A DNA stretch of 64,000 bases, taken from Oscillospiraceae bacterium. GTDB taxonomy: Bacteria; Bacillota; Clostridia; Oscillospirales; JAKOTC01. Made by a program: the position numbers and the translations under genes. The notes under the pieces were generated by a model. It was given only the letters and a program-made list of their open reading frames with translations, was not told the origin of the DNA and did not search any database. Below, one piece after another: positions 24,886 through 35,045 of the stretch (the stretch's first letter is position 1; every line of letters begins with the position of its first letter). The stretch lies in assembly GCA_035353335.1 (NCBI GenBank), contig DAOPZJ010000002.1, forward strand, positions 4,703 to 68,702. Direction: 5' to 3'.

Positions 24886-25947
24886 CTAAAACCTCTTTAA
24901 ACCCTCATCTAAAATTTCAACCAACCGGTCGAAACATCCTGCAGCCTCACGGAGCAGAGCGGCGATTTTGATGCGCTTTTCGGGGTCTTTCATAACCTCA
25001 TTTGAGACATTAAACCCACCGCCGAGGTTTTGGAGCTCTCTCCAAATTCCGCCCTTGCCGTCGCCGTTTCCGATTCTGAAGAACTGAGCGGCTATTTGAT
25101 TTTTCATATCGTTGGATTGCGGATTGAGCTCCGCAAATCGATGTAAAAGAGAGGCATGCGGTGCGTCGATGATATTGTTTGCCCACGCGTTTGTCGCCAT
25201 GCTGCAAAAATAGACCCCGTAATTCGCCCATAAATCGGTTTCGTTTTCAAACCGCTCGTTTTCAACATCATCCGCCCAGGCGCGAAATGCTGCCGCCCCG
25301 TAGCATTTTCCGTCGCTTTCGGGCAATGTCAGCCAAATCCGCATCTTCTTAACCGCAGCAAAGACAAGGTCTGCATAAACAACATCGTGTTTTTTATCGC
25401 CGATAAAAATCCAGTCCTGTTTCACGGTATTTCCGGTTTCATATCTGACAATTTTATCATAAGGGTTGGTATACAACAATATGTTTCCGTTATCCTCATA
25501 TCCGACAAAAAGGCAATAGGTGAATTCGGAATTGGCCGTCGGCGTATCGGCCATCGTGGTTCTGACAAGAACCGGAATGCCTTTATCAATAAACGCCATT
25601 ACCTTTTGTCTATATCGTTCTTTTTCCGAGTTGATCTGTTCGGCGGTGATGTAAGTATAATCATAACCGATGGCGTCAAATACATAACGGATATGTTTCT
25701 CCCCGGCACGAAACCCCGATACGCAATATTCGCAGAGTGTTGACGGATTTTTGTCATAAATTTGCGTTAAACCGTCCCCCGTTATCCAAGAGAAATTCCA
25801 ATAATCCAATTGATTTTCGCCCGATCCCTCATTGAGGGACTTTCGCTCCATGATAAATGCCATGCAATCGTCGAACGGATAGTTTTTCCCCTCCATTCCG
25901 TTTGCGATCCCCCGAATATCGAGTAATCGATTGCTGCTTTGTCTCAT
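24886..25947 (-). CDS. Hypothetical protein, 353 aa, no domain recognised
   Basis: Start set to ATG 25947, which lies 6 nt after GGAGG. Coding-like composition throughout, but I cannot assign a family. Confidence 0.55.
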   Translation of the reverse strand: MRQSSNRLLDIRGIANGMEGKNYPFDDCMAFIMERKSLNEGSGENQLDYWNFSWITGDGLTQIYDKNPSTLCEYCVSGFRAGEKHIRYVFDAIGYDYTYITAEQINSEKERYRQKVMAFIDKGIPVLVRTTMADTPTANSEFTYCLFVGYEDNGNILLYTNPYDKIVRYETGNTVKQDWIFIGDKKHDVVYADLVFAAVKKMRIWLTLPESDGKCYGAAAFRAWADDVENERFENETDLWANYGVYFCSMATNAWANNIIDAPHASLLHRFAELNPQSNDMKNQIAAQFFRIGNGDGKGGIWRELQNLGGGFNVSNEVMKDPEKRIKIAALLREAAGCFDRLVEILDEGLKRF

Positions 25948-26285
25948 TTTCATCCTCCGCTGATTGTAGCATCGCTTTTGATTTTGCCGAAACATCGGTG
26001 ATCTTCATCAATTCTGTCCCGTTCCCTTCGACCCAGAATTTATTGTAACACTTAACCCTGCGTCAATGTCAACCGAATTAAAAAATTATTTCGATTTATG
26101 TATAAAATTTATGAATATGGGCATATTATAAAATTTATACCTAATACTCCCACAGAGCTAAAAAAATTCCGCAAACCCGCTTTAAATGCGGCATCTTGTA
26201 ACGGGCGCTGAATTAAAATGATGACGGGAGATATTTTTCGCTGCGGCAACCGGTATTCCAGATAACACGGAGCCGGCTCCGCCCG

Positions 26286-26314
26286 TTGACACAAAATCGA
26301 TTTCGGGATATAAT
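26286..26314 (+). promoter_or_regulatory. Consensus sigma-A promoter for fba
   Basis: TTGACA (26286-26291), 17-nt spacer, TATAAT (26309-26314). Confidence 0.65.
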
Positions 26315-26361
26315 ACCACAAGAACCAACGTTCGACTCATTCGTGAAAAGGAGCAGTCAAT

Positions 26362-27297
26362 ATGCCGTTAGTAACAAGCAAAGAGATGTTTAAGAAGGCC
26401 TATGACGGCGGATACGCCATCGGCGCGTTCAACGTCAACAATATGGAGATCATCCAGGGCATCACCGAAGCCGCCAAAGAAGAAAATGCCCCGTTGATTC
26501 TTCAGGTTTCCTCCGGCGCGCGTAAGTACGCCAACCATACCTATCTGATGAAACTGGTCGAAGCCGCGCTCATCGAAACCGACCTGCCCATCTGCGTCCA
26601 TCTGGACCACGGCGATACGTTCGAGCTGTGCAAATCCTGCGTCGACGGCGGATTTACCTCGGTCATGATCGACGGCTCCCATTTTTCGTTTGACCAAAAT
26701 GTAGAGCTGACGAAAAAAGTAGTCGAATATGCCCATGCCAAAGGCGCTGTTGTCGAAGGCGAACTGGGCCGTCTGGCCGGCATCGAAGACGCTGTCAATG
26801 TCAGCGCCGAAGATTCGTCCTATACCCGCCCCGAGGAAGTTGAGGAATTCGTCGCCCGCACCGGCGTCGATTCGCTCGCAATCGCCATCGGCACCTCCCA
26901 CGGCGCGTATAAATTCAAACCCGGCACCAAACCGCAGCTTCGTTTTGACATCCTCGACGAAGTCACCAAACGCCTTCCCGGCTTTCCGATCGTTCTGCAC
27001 GGCGCTTCCAGCGTCATGCCCGAATTCGTGAAGATGATCAACGACAACGGCGGAAATATGCCCGACGCCATCGGCGTTCCCGAGGATCAGCTGCGCCAGG
27101 CAGCCAGAAGCGCGGTCTGCAAGATCAACATCGACTCCGACCTGCGTCTTGCGATGACCGGCACGATCCGTCAGTATTTCGCTCAGCATCCGGATCATTT
27201 CGACCCGCGCCAATACCTCAAACCCGCGCGTGAGAACATCAAAGTGCTTGTAAAGCATAAGCTCGTCGAAGTTTTAGGCTGCGCAGGCAAAGCGTAA
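26362..27297 (+). CDS. fba: Class II fructose-1,6-bisphosphate aldolase
   Basis: 311 aa. GAFNVNNME, VHLDHG and SHGAYKF motifs of class II FBA. RBS AAAGGAG. Confidence 0.95.
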   Translation: MPLVTSKEMFKKAYDGGYAIGAFNVNNMEIIQGITEAAKEENAPLILQVSSGARKYANHTYLMKLVEAALIETDLPICVHLDHGDTFELCKSCVDGGFTSVMIDGSHFSFDQNVELTKKVVEYAHAKGAVVEGELGRLAGIEDAVNVSAEDSSYTRPEEVEEFVARTGVDSLAIAIGTSHGAYKFKPGTKPQLRFDILDEVTKRLPGFPIVLHGASSVMPEFVKMINDNGGNMPDAIGVPEDQLRQAARSAVCKINIDSDLRLAMTGTIRQYFAQHPDHFDPRQYLKPARENIKVLVKHKLVEVLGCAGKA

Positions 27298-27310
27298 ACA
27301 CCTGAAATCA

Positions 27311-27340
27311 AAAGGCCGGTACGATTTGTACCGGCTTTTT
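27311..27340 (+). terminator. fba terminator
   Basis: GCCGGTAC / GTACCGGC stem with loop GATTT, followed by TTTTT. Confidence 0.75.
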
Positions 27341-27401
27341 AAATTTGTGATGGACAAAAGGAAACGCGATGGCGGAAACTGCAGCGAACATGAATCTCTT
27401 T

Positions 27402-27436
27402 AAAAAAGAACCCTCCTTTCGGAGGGTTCTTTTTTA
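27402..27436. terminator. Bidirectional terminator
   Basis: AGAACCCTCC / GGAGGGTTCT stem with loop TTTC, flanked by AAAAAA and TTTTTT. Confidence 0.75.
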
Positions 27437-27688
27437 AGTATAATCCACTTCCCTGTTTCGGGCGAAATTCTGCGCCCGCTGAACCAGGCAGTCGATGACG
27501 TCTTCGGGGGAGAGGATTCCGTGATCGGCTTCCATCTCAGCCCAGTTGGCTTTGGCTTTCGGATCGGGATTCGACATTCCCTCCATGATTGCCATACCAA
27601 TCTCTCTGCGGACTTCCTCTACCGTGACGCCGTTAAGTAAAGCCACTTTTTCAAGAACACCCGCAATTTTTTCCTTGTTCATACCCAT
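27434..27688 (-). CDS. Small protein, possibly Spo0A C-terminal-domain-like
   Basis: 84 aa. The segment VTVEEVRREIGMAIMEG....P.....W.......SPEDVIDCLV loosely follows the Spo0A_C helix pattern (VERAIRHAIEVAW...PTNSEFIAMVA) recalled from memory. Weak. Confidence 0.45.
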   Translation of the reverse strand: MGMNKEKIAGVLEKVALLNGVTVEEVRREIGMAIMEGMSNPDPKAKANWAEMEADHGILSPEDVIDCLVQRAQNFARNREVDYT

Positions 27689-27883
27689 CCTGTCCCTTTC
27701 TTCGCTATGTATTTCTTTTCGAACAATTTCACATACTTTTTTGTTCGAAATCTCGCGTGGTTTCCGCGCCGCGCCCCCGCTGCAGGCACGAGCTCGTCCA
27801 CTGAATAAAGGGTATCACATTGCGATTATCGAAACATGTCGAAAGGTGAAGGAAAAAATAAAATCTTTAAAGATATTGAGTAT

Positions 27884-28543
27884 TTATACGAGCCGCTGTC
27901 CGTTGATGATGACGTGAAATTCAAGCCCCAATTTTTCTGCGGCTTTTCGGCACAGCAGCATCCGGGTTAGAAAGATCTCAAAATATTCGATCGCTGAAAA
28001 ACGGCCGGTATCGATGGTCAGCTTAAGCTCAACAGCGGTCTTCTCTTCGTTGATCTGAGTCGTCGCCTTCTTGACCGAATAATTCACCCGGTCATGGATA
28101 TCAAATTTTGCGACATCACGATTGCGTACACGGCTGCGGCGCACATCGGTCTTGTCGGCTAAAATCAATGCGGCGGCGACCGCGTTGACGGCTTCGGCGG
28201 TGCCCTCGTCGTGGTTGCCGATGGCGGTCACAATGGTCGCGATATCCTCCGGGCTTGCACCCATATTGTCCAAAATCCGAAATGCCATCACAGCACCGCT
28301 CTGGGCATGCTCGATGCGGTTGACGAGGTTGCCGATATCGTGCAAATATCCCGCGATCCGGGCGAGTTCGATCTCACGCTCAGAATAACCGAGTGTCGTT
28401 AAGATATAGTTGGCAGTCGAGGCAACCTTCAGTACATGCGAAAAGCTGTGTTCGGTGTAGCCGAGCGCAATCAGCGATTCGTCCGCGCGGGTGATGTAGG
28501 TTTTGACGGCGGAATTATTTTTTACCTGTTCGAATGTAATCAT
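27884..28543 (-). CDS. HD-domain phosphohydrolase
   Basis: 219 aa. HSFSHVLKVA and GYLHDIGN metal-binding motifs. Confidence 0.8.
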   Translation of the reverse strand: MITFEQVKNNSAVKTYITRADESLIALGYTEHSFSHVLKVASTANYILTTLGYSEREIELARIAGYLHDIGNLVNRIEHAQSGAVMAFRILDNMGASPEDIATIVTAIGNHDEGTAEAVNAVAAALILADKTDVRRSRVRNRDVAKFDIHDRVNYSVKKATTQINEEKTAVELKLTIDTGRFSAIEYFEIFLTRMLLCRKAAEKLGLEFHVIINGQRLV

Positions 28544-28614
28544 TTATCATTATTCCTTCCTTTTCCGATTCGATATTATTTTATTAAAAGAACTCCTTGA
28601 TCTGAAAACTTTTT

Positions 28615-31600
28615 TCACTTTAAAAGTTTAACGTTTTCGTCCCCGAGCAATGATTTAAATTGGCGCAGCAGCCCGTCAGTGGGTACGACCCAAAGATTCC
28701 TGGGCGCTCTGACAAGTTTTTTATCGTCTTTAAAATAACAGTAGAGCGGTGTATCGCCCGGGCAGAACTGAACGATGTATCTGACCTGTTCCATGTTCGG
28801 ATCGTCCTTGGATAAAAGCTGCAGATAAATTCCCGCTTTGGTATCCGTAACCGGTTCCGGCTCCTCTTTTGGCACAGGCGGCAGATTGCTGTCGTCCGGT
28901 GCGGAGATTGCCGCGGCGATCAATTTAACTTCATAGGTGTCCTGTTCCTCTGTGTCGCTCTCGCGAACCGAAATTCTTCCCGAAAACGACAGGGCTTTGC
29001 CGTTCGTCAGTAAATCGGCGCTCTTTCCGTATAAATCGGCGAACACCACGACTTCGATTCCAGCGGTTTTATCCTCTATTGTGACAAAGGCCATATTTTG
29101 TCCGTTTTTCGTCATCTTGACGGTTTTTGAAGCGACCACGCCGAGCAGCTCTATATGTTTGCCGTCCAGTTCCGGGGCATTTTCACCGAGCAAAGAGGAG
29201 ATGTCCGGAATCTTATGCTGCCGTTTCAGCCCCTCGAATTTGTCCAGAGGGTGTGCCGAAAGAAACATTCCGGTCACTTCGCGCTCCTGGGCTAAAATTT
29301 CATCTTTCGAAAACTCGGCGGCATCGGGCAGCTCTGTCTCGGGCGGCTTTTCGGTGTTTTCGAACAGCCCTAACTGCCCCTCCACATTCTCATGGTCACG
29401 TTCGGCTAGTTCCTCTAAAATCAGTCCCGATGCGGACATCATCGCCCTGCGCGTACCCGGAAGCGTATCAAATACCCCTGCTTTGATCAACGATTCCAGC
29501 GCTCTGCTGTTCAGCTCGCGCCCGTAAACCCGCGAACAGAAATCATAAAATGTATGATAAGGCCCTTTGCGTTTGCGTTCGGCGACGATCAAATCAATCA
29601 CCGCACTTCCGAGATTCTTGATTGCGAGCAGCCCGAACCGGATGCCGTTTTGGGCGGGCACAAAGGTTTTTTCGCTCTCATTGACGTTCGGCGGGTAAAT
29701 TTTCAGCCCGTGCCGCTTGCAGTCCTCAATATACTGCGTCGCCTTGACGTCGCCCATCATGCTCGAGATCATCGCGGCCATGTATTCTTTATACCAATGC
29801 GTACGCAGATAAGCGGTCTGATAGGCGATCAGCGCATAAGGCGCCGCGTGGCATTTGTTGAAACCGTACCCCGCAAAGGTCTCCATATCGTCAAAAATCC
29901 GATTCGCGGTCTGCTCGTCGATACCCATGGACACCGCGCCCGGCACAATGACATTGCTGTTTTCGTCCTTCTCGCCGTGCACAAACCGCTCGCGCTGACG
30001 CACCATCTCTTTTTGCTTTTTCTTTGCCATCGCCCTGCGCACCAGATCGGCCTGCCCGTAAGAAAATCCGGCAAGGTCACGGCAAACCTGCGTCACCTGT
30101 TCCTGATAGGCAAATATGCCGTTGGTATCTTTGAGCGCGTTTTCAAGCTTTGGGTGTAAATAATGAATATTTTTCGGATTAGCCCGCCCCGCTAAATATT
30201 GCGGAATCGCCTTCATCGGCCCGGGCCGGTACAGCGAAATGGCCAGCATCAGGTCGTCAAGGTTTCTCGGCTTCATGTCAACGAGCAGCTGCCGCATGCC
30301 GCCCGACTCAAGCTGGAAAATCCCGTCGGTGTCGCCTTTTCCGATCAGCGCATAGGTCTTCGGGTCGCTCTCGGGGATCTTGTTGATGTCAAACTCCGGC
30401 TGTTGCTCATTTTTACGCACCAACTCGACCGCATCATGGATGACCGTCAGATACCGCAGCCCCAAAAAGTCGATTTTTAAAAGACCGAGTTCCTCGAGAT
30501 AGTTCATCGTGTACTGGGTCACGACTGCAGCGCCGTTGAGGGCCAAAGGCACATAGTAATAAGCCGGTTTATCGGTAATTACCACACCGGCGGCATGGGT
30601 CGATGCATGGCGCGCCATGCCCTCGAGTTCTTTTGCCGCCGCGACGAGTTCCGCTGCCTGCGTGTCGTTGTCGCACTGTTGTTTTAACGGGCTGTCCGGC
30701 GCGTTAAAGGCATCCTCGAGCGTGCCGAACATCGAGTGGGGCACTTTTTTGGCGACCACATCGACGGCGGCATAGCTCATTCCGAGCGCTCTGCCCACAT
30801 CCCGAATCGCCGCCCTGGCCTTCATCGTGCCGAACGTAACGATCTGAGCGACGTGTTCGGTGCCGTATTTCGCGATCACATAGTCGATGACTTCCTGCCT
30901 GCGCTCCTGGCAGAAGTCGATGTCGAAGTCGGGCATACTGACTCTCTCGGGGTTCAAAAACCGCTCGAACATCAGATTGTAGCGCAGCGGATCGACACCC
31001 GTGATGCCGAGACAATATCCCGTCAGAGAACTTGCACCCGAACCGCGCCCCGGTCCCACGGGAATCCCGCGTGACTTGGCATAGGAGATAAAATCGGCGA
31101 CGATCAAAAAATAATCGGTAAAGCCCATCTTTTCGATGGTGGAGAGTTCATAATCCAACCGCTTTTGGGCCTCACCGCAGCTTTGCCCGTCATATCGTTT
31201 CGCCAGCCCCTCATCAGATAACTTTTTCAGATATTCAAAATGGGTGAACCCCGCAGGTACGTCAAAGTGCGGCAGTTTGGTCTTGCCGAATTCAAATTCG
31301 AAATTACATTTCTCCGCCACCTCGAGGGTGTTCGTGATCGCCTCCGGCGCGTAAGCAAACCGCTCCGCCATCTCAGCTTCGGATTTCAGATAAAACTCCT
31401 TGGTCGGAAACTCCATCGCTGAAGGATCATTGACGTTGGTGTTGGTCTGGATGCAGACGAGAATCTGCTGCGCACGGGCGTCGGACTTATCCACATAATG
31501 AACGTCGTTGGTGGCGACGACCTTGATGCCGAGCCGTTTTGCCACCTTCATAATCCCGGCGTTGATTCCCTTTTGGTCGGGAATGCCCTGATCCTGCATC

Positions 31601-32118
31601 TCGAGGTAATAGTCCTCTCCGAATACCGATTTGTACCATACCGCAGCTTCGAGAGCACCGGTAAAATCGTTCTGGCGCAATTTCGCCGCAACTTCTCCGA
31701 ACATACAGGCAGACAGCGCGACCAGTCCCCCGGCGTGCTCTTTGATCAATTCTTTATCAATACGCGGACGGTTATAAAATCCTTCCATCCACCCCTTGGA
31801 GAGCATATAGATCAGGTTTTGATACCCGGTTTCATTTTTACACAACAGTATCAGGTGCTGCGAATTCTCGTCGCTCTTCTGCTTGTCCGACCTTGCCCTT
31901 GGCGCGACATAGGCCTCACAGCCGATGATGGGCTTGATTCCGGCGGCTTTTGCGGCTTTGAAAAACTCGACTGCCCCGAACATATTGCCGTGGTCGGTGA
32001 CGGCGACGGCAGTCTGCCCAAGCTCTTCGCAGCGTTTCAGCAGTTTGCCGATGCGGCAAGCTCCGTCAAGCAGACTGTATTCGCTGTGCAGATGTAAATG
32101 AATAAATTGAGAGTTCAT
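28615..32118 (-). CDS. dnaE: DNA polymerase III alpha subunit (DnaE type)
   Basis: 1167 aa. N-terminal PHP domain FIHLHLHSEYSLLDGA, polymerase core (PDFDIDF) and C-terminal OB fold. Confidence 0.97.
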   Translation of the reverse strand: MNSQFIHLHLHSEYSLLDGACRIGKLLKRCEELGQTAVAVTDHGNMFGAVEFFKAAKAAGIKPIIGCEAYVAPRARSDKQKSDENSQHLILLCKNETGYQNLIYMLSKGWMEGFYNRPRIDKELIKEHAGGLVALSACMFGEVAAKLRQNDFTGALEAAVWYKSVFGEDYYLEMQDQGIPDQKGINAGIMKVAKRLGIKVVATNDVHYVDKSDARAQQILVCIQTNTNVNDPSAMEFPTKEFYLKSEAEMAERFAYAPEAITNTLEVAEKCNFEFEFGKTKLPHFDVPAGFTHFEYLKKLSDEGLAKRYDGQSCGEAQKRLDYELSTIEKMGFTDYFLIVADFISYAKSRGIPVGPGRGSGASSLTGYCLGITGVDPLRYNLMFERFLNPERVSMPDFDIDFCQERRQEVIDYVIAKYGTEHVAQIVTFGTMKARAAIRDVGRALGMSYAAVDVVAKKVPHSMFGTLEDAFNAPDSPLKQQCDNDTQAAELVAAAKELEGMARHASTHAAGVVITDKPAYYYVPLALNGAAVVTQYTMNYLEELGLLKIDFLGLRYLTVIHDAVELVRKNEQQPEFDINKIPESDPKTYALIGKGDTDGIFQLESGGMRQLLVDMKPRNLDDLMLAISLYRPGPMKAIPQYLAGRANPKNIHYLHPKLENALKDTNGIFAYQEQVTQVCRDLAGFSYGQADLVRRAMAKKKQKEMVRQRERFVHGEKDENSNVIVPGAVSMGIDEQTANRIFDDMETFAGYGFNKCHAAPYALIAYQTAYLRTHWYKEYMAAMISSMMGDVKATQYIEDCKRHGLKIYPPNVNESEKTFVPAQNGIRFGLLAIKNLGSAVIDLIVAERKRKGPYHTFYDFCSRVYGRELNSRALESLIKAGVFDTLPGTRRAMMSASGLILEELAERDHENVEGQLGLFENTEKPPETELPDAAEFSKDEILAQEREVTGMFLSAHPLDKFEGLKRQHKIPDISSLLGENAPELDGKHIELLGVVASKTVKMTKNGQNMAFVTIEDKTAGIEVVVFADLYGKSADLLTNGKALSFSGRISVRESDTEEQDTYEVKLIAAAISAPDDSNLPPVPKEEPEPVTDTKAGIYLQLLSKDDPNMEQVRYIVQFCPGDTPLYCYFKDDKKLVRAPRNLWVVPTDGLLRQFKSLLGDENVKLLK

Positions 32119-33131
32119 AAAGCTTCACCCTCCTTTACAGCAAGATCTTCCGCGATTTTTACGATCTTTGCCAGCCGGTGGTTGACCCCGCTTCTCCCGA
32201 TGCCCAGTAAAATGCCGAGTTCCGAAAGCGAGGCGTCGTCATTTTCCACGCGTGCCAAAGCTGTTGTACGCAGTTCTGCCGGCAGATAGTCGGGGCTCTG
32301 TTTTAAAAAGATATATCGGATTGCCGCGATATGTCTTTCCGCTGCGTTCCTCGACTTACCCAAATTAGCCGCGTCGCAGTTGATCTGACGGTTCAGATTA
32401 TTCGAGATATCGCGGCGAATGCGCAGGCTGGATAATTCGAACATCGCTCCGGTGTCGCCGAGTGCGGCGAGTAAGTACTCAATCTGCTCTCCGTCCTTGA
32501 AATACACCGCCCATTTTTCGCCCCGTTTCGTGATTAATGGGCGGAAATCCAACGTCTCCAGTAACCTTGAAAGTTCTCCAGCCGCCCGCTCGGTCAGCCC
32601 CGAAAACTCCAGATGGAGATCACACGCCGGGTCAGCGGCAAGCCCTGCCGAAATAAACACTCCTCGTAAAAAATGCTGTGCCTGTTCGGGATTTTCAAAC
32701 AAAGATTTATCGAGCGTACCGTCTTCGCCGAACTGATTGAACACCGAAAAAATCCGGCTTCTGGACAGTTCTTCCGGCTTCGCAAAGTCTACTGTCGTAA
32801 GCGCCCTCATCGGATCGGCAGAGTGCGACATTTTAGGGTTTCTCGCCGGTTTCAGGCGGTATTCCCGCCGTTTTGCAGAGCGTGGCTCCTCAGAGCGCAG
32901 CACCGCAGCGCGTACACCGGTCGAGCGCAGTTCGACGGGTAAGACATGTCCTGTTACGTGTTCAAAAATTTCTCCGAGCGCAATCACTGCGCCCGGAATT
33001 TCGGTTCTGAGCAGGTAGTTTTTATGACGTCCGCAGTGTAAAAAAAGCAGCCCGCTACCGAACGCCCGCCCGTATTGAGCAGGTGTCGTAAGTTCGCAGA
33101 GCTTGCTTTTCACCTCATTGCAGAAAGACAT
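32115..33131 (-). CDS. whiA: DNA-binding protein WhiA
   Basis: 338 aa. MSFCNEVKSKLCEL N-terminus, LAGLIDADG-like middle region and C-terminal HTH (SLSELGILLGIGRSGVNHRLAKI). 4-nt overlap with dnaE. Confidence 0.9.
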   Translation of the reverse strand: MSFCNEVKSKLCELTTPAQYGRAFGSGLLFLHCGRHKNYLLRTEIPGAVIALGEIFEHVTGHVLPVELRSTGVRAAVLRSEEPRSAKRREYRLKPARNPKMSHSADPMRALTTVDFAKPEELSRSRIFSVFNQFGEDGTLDKSLFENPEQAQHFLRGVFISAGLAADPACDLHLEFSGLTERAAGELSRLLETLDFRPLITKRGEKWAVYFKDGEQIEYLLAALGDTGAMFELSSLRIRRDISNNLNRQINCDAANLGKSRNAAERHIAAIRYIFLKQSPDYLPAELRTTALARVENDDASLSELGILLGIGRSGVNHRLAKIVKIAEDLAVKEGEAL

Positions 33132-33137
33132 CTGAAT

Positions 33138-34037
33138 CTACTCCAAAAACTTGATCTCACAGACAAGGTCCACCCCGTTTCGGCGTTTGATCTCATCCTG
33201 AATCAAAGCGATTAACTCTTTTACATCCTTCGCGGTAGCATCACCGGTGTTGATGATGAATCCGGCATGTTTTTCGCTGATCTGCGCGCCCCCGATCTGT
33301 TTCCCTTTCAACCCGGCCTGCTCGATCAGAGCACCGGTGTAAAAACCGGGCGGACGCATAAAAACGCTGCCCGCACTGGGAAAATTGAGCGGTTGTTTAT
33401 CGATTCGTTTTCCCTGAATGTCTGCCATCTTTGCCGCAATCACAGCACTGTCGCCCGGCACAAGCGCAAACTTTGCCCATACTATCAATAAATCTTTATC
33501 AGTAAAAAAGCTATGCCGATAACTGAACCCGCATTCCTCTTTTTTCAACGTTTTTGTCTCACCGTCGGCACCGCAGTAACCGACCTCGGTGATAACGTCC
33601 TTTAGTTCGCCGCCGTAGGCCCCCGCATTCATATAGACCCCGCCGCCAATGCTGCCCGGAATTCCAAACGCAAATTCCAGACCCGACAAATGATTGGCTT
33701 GCGCAAAACGGCACAATCCTGCCAGTGAGCCGCCTGCTTGTGCCGTAATCACATTGCCGTCGATATCCATATCGCCCATTTTTTCGCCGATTCGAATCAC
33801 AACGCCGTCATAACCGTCATCCGAGACCAGCAAATCGCTGCCGCGTCCCATCATTGTATGTTTGATCCCATTCCGGGCGCAAAAACCGAGTAAAGCAGCC
33901 GCCTTTTTGGGCGTATCGGGCTCCGCAAACAATGCGGCAGGGCCGCCGATGCGAAAACTGGTGTGTTCGCTCAGCGGCTCGTTAATTCGGTATTCGATTT
34001 TTTCACGCTCGCAGAAAAAGGCCGCTTTTCCGGTCAA
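33138..34037 (-). CDS. murB: UDP-N-acetylenolpyruvoylglucosamine reductase
   Basis: 299 aa. FAD-binding HTSFRIGGPA and GRGSDLLV, with GAQISEKHAGFIIN near the C-terminus. Confidence 0.95.
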   Translation of the reverse strand: MTGKAAFFCEREKIEYRINEPLSEHTSFRIGGPAALFAEPDTPKKAAALLGFCARNGIKHTMMGRGSDLLVSDDGYDGVVIRIGEKMGDMDIDGNVITAQAGGSLAGLCRFAQANHLSGLEFAFGIPGSIGGGVYMNAGAYGGELKDVITEVGYCGADGETKTLKKEECGFSYRHSFFTDKDLLIVWAKFALVPGDSAVIAAKMADIQGKRIDKQPLNFPSAGSVFMRPPGFYTGALIEQAGLKGKQIGGAQISEKHAGFIINTGDATAKDVKELIALIQDEIKRRNGVDLVCEIKFLE

Positions 34038-34046
34038 GATGACCTC

Positions 34047-35000
34047 CTAACGAATATTCCCCAAAAATGCCGCGCCGATAATGCCCGCGTCGTTGCCAAG
34101 CGTTGCCGCGACGATTCTGGTCTGGGGAATTCCGCTCCGGCTGTAAGTCTCCTTTGCGATTCGGGCCCGCAGCGGTTCGAGTAAAAAATCCCCTTCTTTT
34201 GAAATTCCGCCGCCGATGCAGAACACCTCCGGCTGGAAGATATTGATTAAACTGATGACGCCGCAAGCCAGATAGTCGAGATACTTATCCCAAACTTCTT
34301 GGGCGGCTTCGTCGCCTTTGCGTACGCCGTCGCACGCGGTTTTGCCTCCGGCGCTGTCTAAATTGCCGCCGCAGAGCTTCCACATAATCGAAGACGGGTG
34401 TTTCTGCATGCCGAGTTTGGTCATTTTGATCATACCGGTCGCCGAAGAGTAGGCCTCGAAACAACCCTTGCGCCCGCAGGTGCAGGGCCAGCCGTCCTTT
34501 TCGATGACCATATGCCCGAGTTCCGCACCCGCATGATTGAATCCCGCGTAGATTTTTTGATCGATGATGATACCGCCGCCAACGCCGGTGCCGAGAGTAA
34601 TGGCTACCAGATCTTTGACCCCTTTGCCTGCTCCTGCCAGCATCTCACCGTAAGCAGCCGCGTTTCCGTCGTTGTCAACATAGGTTTTGACGCCAAGTCC
34701 CTTTTGGACGAGGTCGGCAATCGGGACGTTGTTGAATCCCAGGTTGTTGTTGTAGATGATCACGCCGCTCTTGGGTTCGACGGAACCGGGCGCGCCGATG
34801 CCCGCCCACTTGATGTCAGTCATCGTAAGGCCTGCGTTTTCCACGGCCGCTTTTGCCGCTGTGACCATGTCGGCTGCGATCTCCTCGGCGGGCCGCGGCA
34901 GGTTTGTCTTTACAGACGCTTTCCCGACGATTTTATATTGGTCGTCGCATACTCCGACCGCGATGTTGGTGCCGCCCAAATCGATTCCGATATAATACAT
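34047..35000 (-). CDS. glcK: ROK-family glucokinase
   Basis: 317 aa. YIGIDLGGTNI ATP motif and ROK Cys cluster CTCGRKGCFE. Confidence 0.9.
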   Translation of the reverse strand: MYYIGIDLGGTNIAVGVCDDQYKIVGKASVKTNLPRPAEEIAADMVTAAKAAVENAGLTMTDIKWAGIGAPGSVEPKSGVIIYNNNLGFNNVPIADLVQKGLGVKTYVDNDGNAAAYGEMLAGAGKGVKDLVAITLGTGVGGGIIIDQKIYAGFNHAGAELGHMVIEKDGWPCTCGRKGCFEAYSSATGMIKMTKLGMQKHPSSIMWKLCGGNLDSAGGKTACDGVRKGDEAAQEVWDKYLDYLACGVISLINIFQPEVFCIGGGISKEGDFLLEPLRARIAKETYSRSGIPQTRIVAATLGNDAGIIGAAFLGNIR

Positions 35001-35045
35001 GTTTCCTTCCGTCCTTTTATGAATTCAATTTCTTTATTTTCACGT

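Noticed and set aside
26368-27258. 296-aa minus-strand ORF opposite fba
   Set aside because: It lies antisense to a canonical class II aldolase, with no RBS and Gly/Asp/Ala/Phe-rich mirror composition.
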